A stretch of 64,000 bases of DNA. Source: an uncultured Gammaproteobacteria bacterium (GTDB lineage: Bacteria; Patescibacteriota; Microgenomatia; UBA10105; UBA927). Below the pieces are notes generated by a model. It did not search any database and had not been told where the DNA came from. It was given only the letters and a program-made list of their open reading frames with translations. Shown here one piece after another: positions 30,392-40,072 of the stretch. Position 1 is the stretch's first letter. Every line of letters begins with the position of its first letter. The stretch covers positions 52,833 through 116,832 of the forward strand of contig CAYUZE010000002.1 of assembly GCA_964449585.1 (NCBI GenBank), written 5' to 3'. A program made the translations under genes and the position numbers.

Positions 30392-31243
30392 ATGAAAAAG
30401 ATTTTTAGCGGGGTACTCGTTAGCTTGGCCTTTTTGCTTTTTGTATCGACGGCGTATGCCGCGGTGAATTCGGTGACTCCCAGTACCAATGATATAAACA
30501 GATCAAACGGTTGGGCACACGTCGATCAGGTGAGTGTTGGTGTCGGCGAAGTGACGCTGAATTTCATCCAGCCGAGAAGTTTTGCCGCCTGTTTTGAATA
30601 TCGGACGGACGGAGACACGGATCAACGGTTAATGTCCGGAGGAGTATATCGGAATAACTACAATACCCAAGTAACCGACGGTCTGTATCCGTTTTTCTGT
30701 CTTAACAACAACAGTAGTATCCGTACAATAAATGCCAAGAGATACGTTGAAGTTCGTATGGTATTCGGCGCTGAATCGGATGAACGCTTTGATTGGACAA
30801 GATTTGACGTGCTTTACGAATATAAAGGCAAAGACGTAAAGAAAGCCACCGGGGGGATTTGGATGTCGGGACCCAGTCAACAGATGCAATTTAGCGCATT
30901 TGATCAGGGTTCAACCATGTTTGATAAAGGACAGGTTGAATACTGGAATTACGATTATGACGGTGTATTACATTACACGGCAACTGTTCAGTGTGCATCC
31001 GTCGACCATGAGTCCGGTAATGCACGGTTTATGTTCCAGATTCCTGAGGGATGGCCGGGTTTGACCGGGCTTTATGTGGTTGCCGCGGTGCATGACGGAG
31101 GGACGCCGGGAACGAACGGTGATACGTACGGTCATGCCGCTACCGGAGATTTGAGTACGGCAAAGACATGGTGTGAGACAGGTGCAGGCTTTAGCCCTGC
31201 CTTATACACAATCTCGAGCGGTAATCTGGTTGTGCATAAGTAA
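30392..31243 (+). CDS. Secreted hypothetical protein
   Basis: AAGGAGGTGA SD, signal peptide MKKIF...AYA, beta-rich, ends SGNLVVHK. Confidence 0.8.
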   Translation: MKKIFSGVLVSLAFLLFVSTAYAAVNSVTPSTNDINRSNGWAHVDQVSVGVGEVTLNFIQPRSFAACFEYRTDGDTDQRLMSGGVYRNNYNTQVTDGLYPFFCLNNNSSIRTINAKRYVEVRMVFGAESDERFDWTRFDVLYEYKGKDVKKATGGIWMSGPSQQMQFSAFDQGSTMFDKGQVEYWNYDYDGVLHYTATVQCASVDHESGNARFMFQIPEGWPGLTGLYVVAAVHDGGTPGTNGDTYGHAATGDLSTAKTWCETGAGFSPALYTISSGNLVVHK

Positions 31244-31256
31244 GTTGTGTTAAACG

Positions 31257-31287
31257 ACAACCCATCGGAAGGTCCGGTGGGTTGTTT
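31257..31287 (+). terminator. Intrinsic terminator
   Basis: ACAACCCATCGG/CCGGTGGGTTGT stem. Confidence 0.65.
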
Positions 31288-31428
31288 GGTGGGATTTTCG
31301 CCGCTTTTGTCTTCCGTTGGACTTTGTGAAAGTAAATGAGAGAGAGTTATCGAATCAGCCGCTTTTGGACAAAGGTGTACTTATTTCTTCTCAAAAAAAG
31401 CTTATAGTATAATGCGCACCATTGCGCT

Positions 31429-31995
31429 ATGAATACCCAAGAACTCGCTCAATCAAATTTTGATGCGTATTTTGGCGACGGTCCTATCGGAGGTGCTTGT
31501 GCAATATGGCTACAGGGGAGTATCCGCATCCTTACCGCATATCACGTGAGCCATGACAGCAAAACGCATGAGCCTCGTGCGCTTATTCTGCGAAATAGGG
31601 TTGGGAATGCAACGTTTAGGAGTCTTGCATTCGAAAAGGTAGCCGGATCACGCGATATATCGCTTAGCGAACCCGTAGCGATGGACGAAGCATTTACCGT
31701 TGCTACGCACTATACACCGGGCATGGAATACGTAACTTTGGGGTCTCCGGTACCCTTGATGCCGCCGGCTGAGAGAGTGAAGCGTGTATCGAAAGAAGAA
31801 CCTGTTTTGTTGCGCCGAGCCCCGAGGGAGCTGATCGTATCCTCGCTCGGTCAGCGCGTGGATTTCGGTTTTTCAGGAAAGCCTGTGATTGATGCCGAAC
31901 GTAACGTTATCGGTGTTATCTCGGCAAAACGATGGATTCGCAGACGATGGTACGGAGTGGCGGAAGTACTGCGTCAATGGATATTCCAAGAGTAA
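31429..31995 (+). CDS. Minimal trypsin-like serine protease
   Basis: ILTAYHV, DISL, GFSGKPV..VIGV triad motifs. Confidence 0.65.
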   Translation: MNTQELAQSNFDAYFGDGPIGGACAIWLQGSIRILTAYHVSHDSKTHEPRALILRNRVGNATFRSLAFEKVAGSRDISLSEPVAMDEAFTVATHYTPGMEYVTLGSPVPLMPPAERVKRVSKEEPVLLRRAPRELIVSSLGQRVDFGFSGKPVIDAERNVIGVISAKRWIRRRWYGVAEVLRQWIFQE

Positions 31996-32045
31996 TGCAA
32001 GTGTGACGAAGAAATATCGATAGTGTACTATACGTTTTACAGAGT

Positions 32046-32705
32046 ATGCGCATTGATATCCTCAAACGTCTTCCCCGAAGATCTATTTCCCTTCATATTC
32101 TCCCGACGGGTGAACTGGAAGTACGTGCTCCCAAATACATGCCGGAGTTTGTTATCCGACAATTTGTCGCATCAAAGCAAGATTGGATAGACAACACGCG
32201 GCGCAGACTGGCATCCGTTCCCAAGAAGAAAGAAAGAGTGTATGAAGAAGGCGAATTGTTTCGATTGGGAGGAAAGGATTACACACTCCACCTCACGGAC
32301 GGCAGTGCTATTGTGCTCACCCCCACCCGAATATTTTTTCCCAAAAAATTTCTCGCAAAGCCGAAGTATCATATGGAACAATTCTGCCGCAAATACGCCA
32401 AGGAGTTTCTCACAAAACGGGTATCGTTTTTTTCCGAAAAAATGAAGGTTACCTATCGGCGGGTTTCCATACGGGATACTTCAAGCCGGTGGGGTTCCTG
32501 CTCGAGCACGGGAACCATCAGTTTTTCGTATCGGCTTATCTTGGCCGAGATTTCGATTATTGATTATGTCGTAATCCATGAACTTGCCCATATCACTCAT
32601 CCGCATCATCGTTTGTCCTTTTGGGCCCGGGTAGGGGAGTTTTATCCCGAATATGCATCGGCACGAACATGGCTACGCAAAAACGGCCATACACTCGTAC
32701 TCTAG
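32046..32705 (+). CDS. YgjP/DUF45 SprT-like metalloprotein
   Basis: SRWGSCS, DYVVIHELAH, H...FW. Confidence 0.9.
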   Translation: MRIDILKRLPRRSISLHILPTGELEVRAPKYMPEFVIRQFVASKQDWIDNTRRRLASVPKKKERVYEEGELFRLGGKDYTLHLTDGSAIVLTPTRIFFPKKFLAKPKYHMEQFCRKYAKEFLTKRVSFFSEKMKVTYRRVSIRDTSSRWGSCSSTGTISFSYRLILAEISIIDYVVIHELAHITHPHHRLSFWARVGEFYPEYASARTWLRKNGHTLVL

Positions 32706-32752
32706 TGTGCTTGATGGCAGTACCTTTATCCGTTGAGGTATAATGCATCTCT

Positions 32753-33256
32753 ATGAATTTTGAAGCAATGAAAGAACGGTACCCGTTGCAATCGGGAGCG
32801 TATCGTCGATATCTCCGCATGATTGTGCCTCAATTGGATATCGAACGGCTTGATACGGGATTACTTGTCGGGCATGAGCGTCATGTGGTGCGTACGCCCA
32901 TAACCGGTGACTTTTCGACGGTACTTCGCTATAAAAACACTGAGGCCGCTGTGAGTAGTTTTGAAGCCCGCGGCGATAACATGGTATTACAACAATTACA
33001 AGGAGCGAGGTCGAAAGTTTCATGGAGAGTGGCGACGGGGATGCGCTGGGATGATTTTTTGATGTCGGAAGCAATTGCCGTAGCTACTCTTCCGGAAAGT
33101 GGGGTGCGAAGGCTTGGTATGCCGCAACCTATTGATATTGAAAACATTGACGGAGCAAGATCTGAGCAGGCACTTGAACGATATAAGGCCTTTATCGTGC
33201 TTGCGCATCTCCGATGGTCCCAGCAGGATCAATTATTTGTTCGCGACTTGAAATGA
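32753..33256 (+). CDS. Hypothetical protein (weak VirK/YbjX-like LQG motif)
   Basis: ORF with TATAAT 8 nt upstream; VLQQLQG. Confidence 0.6.
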   Translation: MNFEAMKERYPLQSGAYRRYLRMIVPQLDIERLDTGLLVGHERHVVRTPITGDFSTVLRYKNTEAAVSSFEARGDNMVLQQLQGARSKVSWRVATGMRWDDFLMSEAIAVATLPESGVRRLGMPQPIDIENIDGARSEQALERYKAFIVLAHLRWSQQDQLFVRDLK

Positions 33257-33333
33257 ATACATGTCGGTATTGCAGTTTGCATAATTCGCTCACCCTCTTC
33301 GTATTGATATAGTTTGATATAATTATCAAATCT

Positions 33334-33645
33334 ATGTGCAGGCAAGGTGTCGAAACATATACGGCGGAAGATATCACCAATGATCTATTGGTTGGCGCGG
33401 GTTTAGAAACATTCAGTGAACGACCGGCACGAAAAGCAATACTTCATATTCACCTCGATCATCCGTCCAAACAACTTCGCCGGATGGTTACGGATCTCGA
33501 TGGCATACCGACGGGGCATATCGCGTGGTACCGCGGGAAAAGGTGGAAGGTTGCCGATGCAAAGGTGATTGATGAGGCACATCATCACGGGCATCAAAAG
33601 GACAAAGGATTTGCCTGCGATTATTACCTCGAGGAAGTCGTGTAA
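33334..33645 (+). CDS. Hypothetical protein
   Basis: ORF preceded by TATAAT. Confidence 0.55.
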   Translation: MCRQGVETYTAEDITNDLLVGAGLETFSERPARKAILHIHLDHPSKQLRRMVTDLDGIPTGHIAWYRGKRWKVADAKVIDEAHHHGHQKDKGFACDYYLEEVV

Positions 33646-33701
33646 CCGGACACGGGAAAAACTATTTGGCTCGATATCACCGGTCTTCTTATGTCTCTTG
33701 G

Positions 33702-34079
33702 TTAGGCATTTACCACGAGCGTTTTGGCGATCTTGTCATGCCAGCCCTGTTTGCGGGGATCCCAGCCGATCGAAAAATAGCCGAGACCAAGCACCAGGAA
33801 GGACAAATAGCTGGCGAGCTCCCGCAGTAATGCATCGGAATAGGTGAGTGATTTGCCGTTTTCTTTGACGATTTTCATTTTGAGGATCATTTTCCCGATC
33901 GTGGCGCCATAGGTGCCCACCATCCATACGAAATAAGCGGTCCACGTCAGAAACATAAGCATATTGACCCATGCGTTATCCATATCGATGCCGGGAATCA
34001 GCCAAAAAAGTGCGTATATGAGGAGTGAGTCAATCGCGTACGCCAATAACCGTTTCCAAAATCCGCCGTATTTTTTCAT
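33702..34079 (-). CDS. RDD family protein
   Basis: GFWKRLLAYAID, GATIGK, QGWHDKIAKT. Confidence 0.9.
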   Translation of the reverse strand: MKKYGGFWKRLLAYAIDSLLIYALFWLIPGIDMDNAWVNMLMFLTWTAYFVWMVGTYGATIGKMILKMKIVKENGKSLTYSDALLRELASYLSFLVLGLGYFSIGWDPRKQGWHDKIAKTLVVNA

Positions 34080-34201
34080 GCTGTTTTTCCTTTCGTCTCT
34101 CATTGTAACATTTTACGATGGTTATCCGGTCACGTGCATCCTGCAGTTTCCTTTCAATGGACGTGAACAAGGTGTACTATTGTGACCGTTCTGCCCTCTG
34201 T

Positions 34202-34444
34202 ATGGCAAAAGAAGATGAACCGATCCGAATTGAGCATGACGACGACCTATCGCGGGCGATTTCGGAATTTCATGAAGAACGGGACGGTGCGGCGTTGCGA
34301 TCCGGCACAAAAGAGAACAATACGCTGACGGGCACGCGTGATAAAGCATGGGAAGAATCTCGATACCAATTGCCTGAGGGTATGACGTTATTGCAGTTCC
34401 TTCTTCGTCGTCGGAAGAAGGATAAACCTAAACGCGGCAAATGA
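34202..34444 (+). CDS. Small hypothetical protein
   Basis: Acidic N-terminus, basic C-terminus; TACTAT upstream. Confidence 0.45.
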   Translation: MAKEDEPIRIEHDDDLSRAISEFHEERDGAALRSGTKENNTLTGTRDKAWEESRYQLPEGMTLLQFLLRRRKKDKPKRGK

Positions 34445-34480
34445 CCAGCGCTTTCTGACGTATGCGTGTATAATAAATTC

Positions 34481-34813
34481 ATGCTGATGCGGTTTCTCAT
34501 CAATGCGTTGGCGTTTTATATTACCGCATATATTCTCCCGGGTATTACCATAAGCGGATGGATTTCGCTTTTTGTGATTGCGATCGTGTGGGGGATATTG
34601 AGCGTGAGTATTAAACCGGTGCTTCTCTTGCTTACGCTTCCCATAAATATTCTGACGTTTGGGTTGTTTACCATTGTTATTAATGCCCTTCTTATGCTTA
34701 TTACCGGTGCGATCGTGCCCGGATTCAGGATAGACGGTTTCGGCACCGCCGTGCTTGCGGTTATCGTCCTGTCTGTCGTCAACAGTTTCCTCAATGCCCT
34801 GGTAAATAAGTGA
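34481..34813 (+). CDS. YvlD/DUF360 (holin-like 4TM) membrane protein
   Basis: IKPVL..LTLPINILTFGLF..VINA. Confidence 0.88.
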   Translation: MLMRFLINALAFYITAYILPGITISGWISLFVIAIVWGILSVSIKPVLLLLTLPINILTFGLFTIVINALLMLITGAIVPGFRIDGFGTAVLAVIVLSVVNSFLNALVNK

Positions 34814-34906
34814 CGCATCTCCCTTTTGTTTCAGGTAGCGAGGCTACGTTTCATTCGGTGGGATATCGTACAGCAATGTGCCATGGGTGGCGTATACTGT
34901 CGCCAT

Positions 34907-35626
34907 ATGAAATATGTACTCATTTTTCTTTCCCTCGTCATCATCATCGTGGCGATTATCCTTGCCGGGATCGGCGTTATTCCGGGTCTTTCTAATCTAA
35001 TCGGAGCCGGACAAAAAGATCTGGGGATACGGTATGCGCTCGACGATTCACGTGCCGCATGGAAAAAGAGCGGAGGCACTGAAATAATTTCGCTTCCCAG
35101 TGATGCCTCTCCAGCGGACGATTTTCGGCTGGAAGGGAAGAAATCCGTTTCGTTCACCATGAACAGCACCGAACTTACCGCGCACTCAAATAACCGCTCA
35201 TGGAAAAACTATCCGGTGAAAAATATCCAGATAAAGATCCATGACGACGGAACTATAGAAAGTTCCGCGATCCTTCTTGTCGATAAAGCCATGCCTTATG
35301 CCATGGCGTTGGGGTATTCGGAACAGCAAATACGCGATGCGATGAAAACATACGCGATTCCGCCGTTTGCCGTACCTATATACGTATTGGGCAAAGGATC
35401 GGTTCGAAACAACTCCGTGCAAGTTGACGCGCGCACCGTAAAAATAGGTGCCATTCCTATCCCCGGTGATATAGTGGCGCGGGCAAACAAAGAGGCTGAA
35501 TCGGTGCTTAATGACGTGATTGCCAAACATGCGGATGCATTCGGTGCGGATGAAGTATCATTTGCCGACGGTACGATGACATTTGTCGGAGCGGTTCCCG
35601 AGAAAGAATACGTGATTACCAAATAG
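34907..35626 (+). CDS. Membrane-anchored hypothetical protein
   Basis: N-terminal TM; TATACT 8 nt upstream. Confidence 0.7.
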   Translation: MKYVLIFLSLVIIIVAIILAGIGVIPGLSNLIGAGQKDLGIRYALDDSRAAWKKSGGTEIISLPSDASPADDFRLEGKKSVSFTMNSTELTAHSNNRSWKNYPVKNIQIKIHDDGTIESSAILLVDKAMPYAMALGYSEQQIRDAMKTYAIPPFAVPIYVLGKGSVRNNSVQVDARTVKIGAIPIPGDIVARANKEAESVLNDVIAKHADAFGADEVSFADGTMTFVGAVPEKEYVITK

Positions 35627-35775
35627 CAATATCTTCTGAGACATACGTATGCCTCAATGCTCACATCGCGCGCGATTATTTCGTGTGGCAAACAACAGGA
35701 AGTTTTCTCTGCATGCCTGGTGCATTTCAGGAAAATACACAAGATCGGGTGCGTGCGAAATGTCTTGCAAAGGAA

Positions 35776-36099
35776 TTATCTGAGCCATCCGGGGAGTCGT
35801 ACACCGAAGCCTTCGAGTGTTGCGGTTATCTCATCATCCTCAACGGGTCTGCCGTAATCGTTTCCCGTTCCGTATTTATGGTGATGCTGATAACGGATAC
35901 GGGCAAGCTGGGGAAGAAGTCTCTCAATTTCCCGTAGAGTCATGAGATCCGACGTTTTGACGGTAAAACGCGTTTCCTGATTTCGAAATTTAATACCGAA
36001 TTCCTGACGGTACAGACTGCCGAACATTCGGGCAAGACCCTGTGTTTCCTGCATTTCCCCGATATCTATTTCCCATTTTGCGACGGTGCGGTAGCCCAT
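35776..36099 (-). CDS. Hypothetical protein
   Basis: ORF with minus-strand TATAAT just upstream. Confidence 0.5.
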   Translation of the reverse strand: MGYRTVAKWEIDIGEMQETQGLARMFGSLYRQEFGIKFRNQETRFTVKTSDLMTLREIERLLPQLARIRYQHHHKYGTGNDYGRPVEDDEITATLEGFGVRLPGWLR

Positions 36100-36188
36100 A
36101 ACGGGATTATTATACCGCAATAAACGATTGTAATTCCCGTAACCCGCATTTTTCGTGGAGCGAGTATTCGGTTATAATACGGCGCCGT

Positions 36189-36497
36189 ATGATCAAACTC
36201 GAATGTCTGCGAGATTGCGATGCCGCCTGTTGCAAGATGCAACCGAATCATCGGGTGATTTTTGATTTCACCGAGGATGAAGCCGCTATGTTCCGGGAAG
36301 AGGGAGCGACGCTTGTCGAAGAAGAGGGCGGCGGATATACCATGAATGAAGATTGTATATTTTTACGGGGAAAATTCTGTGCATTGCATAACAAACCCGA
36401 ACAACCCCGATGTTGTGTAGTGAACAAGGCCGGCGGGGACCTATGTCTTAGTGTCCGACGATCGGTATCGGGCAAACGATGGAATGAGGTCGAATAG
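36189..36497 (+). CDS. YkgJ-like cysteine-cluster (Zn/Fe-S) protein
   Basis: CLRDCDAACC, CIFL...CALH..P..P.CC, DLC. Confidence 0.75.
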   Translation: MIKLECLRDCDAACCKMQPNHRVIFDFTEDEAAMFREEGATLVEEEGGGYTMNEDCIFLRGKFCALHNKPEQPRCCVVNKAGGDLCLSVRRSVSGKRWNEVE

Positions 36498-36623
36498 CAG
36501 GCGCTTACTCAGGCAGATTAACAGAGAAGAATGTATAGCGGTTCTCTCATCAGAAGAGCAGAGCAGGGGTAATGAGAGATTTCATACCTCATGGAGGAGT
36601 TATGCCTGTTATAATAACTCGGT

Positions 36624-37853
36624 ATGAAAAAAATACGGAGTTTTGCCGCATCGCTTTCGTTGCCACAGCGAATCGGTGTGGTGCTTCTTTTGGTCGTCAT
36701 ATCGGCAATCATCGTTCCGCGTTTTCGTCGTGGTTCCTCGGCCGCTCCCCACAGAATCAGTAAGGGTGAAGTGGTGGAATCCATCGTCATAAGCGGCAAT
36801 GCAAACGCCGCGGATAATGCAAAAGTTTTTTCCCCCACAACGGGTATTGTTGAAGAACTGTACGTAAAAAACGGTGATTCGGTGACCGCAGGAACGGAAC
36901 TTCTCAAGGTAAAAAGTACGGCAATGGAAAATGAAAAAGCGGCAATGTTGGCACAGTATCAAGCCGCCGTTGCGAGTCTCAATGCCGCAAAGCAAACAAA
37001 AATATCTTTACAATCGAGTTTGGAATCCGGAAGAACGCTCGTTATCAACACTTCTATCGCCAAACAGCAGATGGATGAACGGCGTAACGAGGGAGGCGTC
37101 AATCCTGCTACGGGAGAAGCGTACAAACAGGACGAAATTGACGGTATTGTGTCCGCATATGAAAGCGCGAAAATCGCGTTTGCCGCCGCCGAGAAGAAAT
37201 ACCTGGATGCCGACGCGTCAATTGCGGCCGCACAAAGCGCCTTGAACGCCGCGCTCCTCGAGTATCAGGCATCGTTAAACGGTGTTATCAAAGCGCCCGT
37301 TTCCGGCGTTGTGGCTAATCTTGCGGTAGATACGGGGGATTATGTCCGCGCAAAATTCACCAATCCCGCCAGTACCGCGGAGGGGGATCCGGTGCTCAGG
37401 ATTCTTGCCGAGGGTGCGGTGACCGTTATGGTGAAACTTAATGAAATCGATATTTCGAAAGTGAAGACGGGACAACTCGCGAGTGTGCGTTTTGACGCAT
37501 TTCCAGAGAAAGAGTTCCCCGCTACCGTCGCGCGGGTAGATACCGTGGGAGAGAACGAAAACGCCGTCGTAACCTATAAGGCATATGTAGCACTGACGGA
37601 TGCCAATGATGATCGTGTGCGTCCGAGTATGACGGCAACCGTGGTTATAGAAACCGATCGTTTGCGCGATGTACTGGTTGTTCCCAATAGCGCGCTCACC
37701 CGAACGGAACAAGGCAAAACTGCCGTCCGTCGCCTGCAGGGTAATAGTGAGGTGACCGTCCCCGTAACGGTCGGCAAGAAAAACGGCTCGATCACGCAAA
37801 TACTCGACGGGGTCAATGAAGGGGACATGATTCTCATTCCGTCCGCCGAATAA
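36624..37853 (+). CDS. Efflux periplasmic adaptor (MacA/HlyD-like)
   Basis: GIVEELYVKNGDSV, IKAPVSGVV, VPNSAL. Confidence 0.9.
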   Translation: MKKIRSFAASLSLPQRIGVVLLLVVISAIIVPRFRRGSSAAPHRISKGEVVESIVISGNANAADNAKVFSPTTGIVEELYVKNGDSVTAGTELLKVKSTAMENEKAAMLAQYQAAVASLNAAKQTKISLQSSLESGRTLVINTSIAKQQMDERRNEGGVNPATGEAYKQDEIDGIVSAYESAKIAFAAAEKKYLDADASIAAAQSALNAALLEYQASLNGVIKAPVSGVVANLAVDTGDYVRAKFTNPASTAEGDPVLRILAEGAVTVMVKLNEIDISKVKTGQLASVRFDAFPEKEFPATVARVDTVGENENAVVTYKAYVALTDANDDRVRPSMTATVVIETDRLRDVLVVPNSALTRTEQGKTAVRRLQGNSEVTVPVTVGKKNGSITQILDGVNEGDMILIPSAE

Positions 37854-37862
37854 TCTCAGGGT

Positions 37863-39131
37863 ATGAAAAACAAGCTAGACATGTTTTCCCTTGCGGTATC
37901 CGTTGGTTATTTCCTTGCTATTCGGGATATCAAGCGGGCGAGCATTTGGACAACGTTACTTATCACCTTTGTCATGATGCTGACATTCCTCAACCTCGTG
38001 GTTGTTCGGGGGATTCTGGTAGGCCTTACCGAGGGCTCCGTACGATCCTATCGGGAACGCTATACGGGAGATGTGTTACTCAGTACGCTCGACAAAAAAC
38101 AATACATTGAAGACAGTCATTTGCCCAGGGAAATCGCCGAACAGCTCCCGCAGGTACGAGCCGTGAGCGCACGGTACATCGCTTCGGGAACGATTGAAGC
38201 CGATTACAAGACCGTCGTGCGTCGTGATGAAGGAGCGGATACGGCAAATGCCGTCATGGTGGGCATTGACCCGGGACGTGAGGATGCATTGACCAATTTA
38301 TCACGACAGGTGATAAGCGGCAGATACCTCACCCCGGATGATCATGATGCGGTGTTGGTGGGCGTATCACTGCTTAGCAAGTATCAGTCCGCGGCGGGCA
38401 CCGGGACGGCGTCTTTGAAGACTGCCGATGTGGGAACACAGATCCGCCTTACGGTGAACGGGATTGTCAAAGAAGTAACGATCGTCGGCGTCGTCAAGGC
38501 AAAAGTAACAAATATAGATAGCCGAGTCTTTATGCTCGATAGGGAACTCCGTCCTTTGATAGGCAGAGATGATTTTAATGTTAATGAAATCGCTATCCGG
38601 GCAAACGGAAGGAGTTCGGAAAAGGAGATCGCGACAATTCTTTTGGGGAACGGCGTTGATGCACAGGCCAAAGTGCAGACGTGGCAGGAAGCACAGCCGC
38701 AGTTTATCCGTGATATCTCCGCGACCTTTGCCCTGCTTGGAGATTTAATCGGGAGCATCGGGCTCGCGGTAGCATCCATCACCATATTCATCGTCATTTT
38801 CGTCAATGCCATAACCCGCCGAAAGTTTATCGGTATTCTCAAAGGAATCGGCGTCAATTCACTTGCCATAGAATGTTCCTATGTATTTCAATCAATGTTT
38901 TATGCGCTTTCGGGATCGTTGTTGGGCCTTGTCGTCGTGTACGGACTTATGGTTCCGTATTTTGCGGACAATCCGATAAACTTTCCCTTTTCCGACGGTA
39001 TATTTGTAGCGGATGTGCCGGGGGTATTACTGAGAGTCGTCGTACTCTTCTTTGCGACTATTGCCGCGGGATATATACCCGCGCGCATCGTGGTCAAACA
39101 AAATACGCTCGACGCAATTTTAGGAAGATAA
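37863..39131 (+). CDS. FtsX/MacB-like ABC permease
   Basis: TM, large extracellular domain, RRKFIGILKGIG, GYIPAR. Confidence 0.9.
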   Translation: MKNKLDMFSLAVSVGYFLAIRDIKRASIWTTLLITFVMMLTFLNLVVVRGILVGLTEGSVRSYRERYTGDVLLSTLDKKQYIEDSHLPREIAEQLPQVRAVSARYIASGTIEADYKTVVRRDEGADTANAVMVGIDPGREDALTNLSRQVISGRYLTPDDHDAVLVGVSLLSKYQSAAGTGTASLKTADVGTQIRLTVNGIVKEVTIVGVVKAKVTNIDSRVFMLDRELRPLIGRDDFNVNEIAIRANGRSSEKEIATILLGNGVDAQAKVQTWQEAQPQFIRDISATFALLGDLIGSIGLAVASITIFIVIFVNAITRRKFIGILKGIGVNSLAIECSYVFQSMFYALSGSLLGLVVVYGLMVPYFADNPINFPFSDGIFVADVPGVLLRVVVLFFATIAAGYIPARIVVKQNTLDAILGR

Positions 39132-39133
39132 CT

Positions 39134-39826
39134 ATGATTCAGGCGATACATCTTATCAAGCAATATAAAACCGGGACGGGGAAAATCACGGTCTTAAACG
39201 ACATATCGCTGTCCGTGGCCCGCGGAGAATTTCTCGCGATTACGGGAAGATCCGGCTCGGGCAAAAGTACCCTGTTGTATCAGCTGAGTCTGCTGGATAC
39301 GCCGACCAGCGGTAAAGTGGTTCTTGATACACAGGATACCTCGGGATTTACCGACGATCAGCGTGTCAACTATCGGCTTCGTGAACTCGGATATGTTTTT
39401 CAGGATTATGCGCTCATTCCTTCGCTTACTGCCGCGGAAAATATCATGGCACCGCTTCTTATGTTGGGATACTCATCGTCCCGTGCCTATGGGACCGCCT
39501 CCGACGTGTTGGCTGAAGTGGGACTTGCGGATAAACGCGATAATTTACCCAGTCAGTTATCGGGCGGGCAACAACAGCGCGTGAGTATCGCCCGGGCGAT
39601 TGCTCATAAGCCGAAAATTATTTTTGCGGATGAACCGACCGCCAATTTGGACAGTGAAACGTCGGAGCAGGTACTTCAGACATTTCTTAAGATTCATAAG
39701 CAAGGACAGACGATTGTTATGGTAACGCATGAGGAAGAATATACGCATATGATGGATCGCGTTATTACGCTTTCTGACGGGCGAATCATCCAAAATAAAA
39801 AATCCCGGTCCCCGCGCAAAAAGTAA
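39134..39826 (+). CDS. ABC transporter ATP-binding protein (LolD/MacB-like)
   Basis: GRSGSGKS, LSGGQQQR, DEPTANLD, VTH. Confidence 0.93.
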   Translation: MIQAIHLIKQYKTGTGKITVLNDISLSVARGEFLAITGRSGSGKSTLLYQLSLLDTPTSGKVVLDTQDTSGFTDDQRVNYRLRELGYVFQDYALIPSLTAAENIMAPLLMLGYSSSRAYGTASDVLAEVGLADKRDNLPSQLSGGQQQRVSIARAIAHKPKIIFADEPTANLDSETSEQVLQTFLKIHKQGQTIVMVTHEEEYTHMMDRVITLSDGRIIQNKKSRSPRKK

Positions 39827-39857
39827 TCGAACGCTTCGTTTATTTATCTCCGACGGC

Positions 39858-39886
39858 TTGTTTCGTAGTGGTGCATTTGTTATACT
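39858..39886 (+). promoter_or_regulatory. sigma70 promoter for the ileS leader
   Basis: TTGTTT, 17 bp, extended TGtTATACT (39881-39886). Confidence 0.7.
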
Positions 39887-39898
39887 CGCTTATGGAAA

Positions 39899-40072
39899 TG
39901 CGATTGATCCCGACTATCATCGGGAAAGGCAGGGAAAAGAAATCTCAAAAATGAGAAAGTAGAATTCCTCGGGTAAGCCCGTTATAGCAGTTCAAGAAGC
40001 AACAAAGGTGGTACCACGATCGGTGTTTGCCGACTCGTCCTTTAGAGTATGATAGAAAGGACGGGTTTTTTT
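39899..40072 (+). ncRNA. T-box riboswitch (Ile) with ultra-short Stem I
   Basis: TCCCGA-ctATCa-TCGGGA hairpin; Stem II with AGTA; CCGTTA F-box; AAAGG-TGGTACC-ACGA pairing with TCGT-CCTTT; terminator 40034-40072. Confidence 0.9.

Noticed and set aside
31355-31376. Third locus of the hairpin repeat (CCGCTTTTGGACAAA)
   Set aside because: Similarity is short and the complementary arm is missing
34481-34813. Prophage inferred from the holin-like gene
   Set aside because: YvlD-type genes are commonly chromosomal, and no other phage genes are present
40049-40072. Upstream ATG start for ileS
   Set aside because: Lies inside the T-box terminator; ATG at 40073 follows an SD-like AAAGGA
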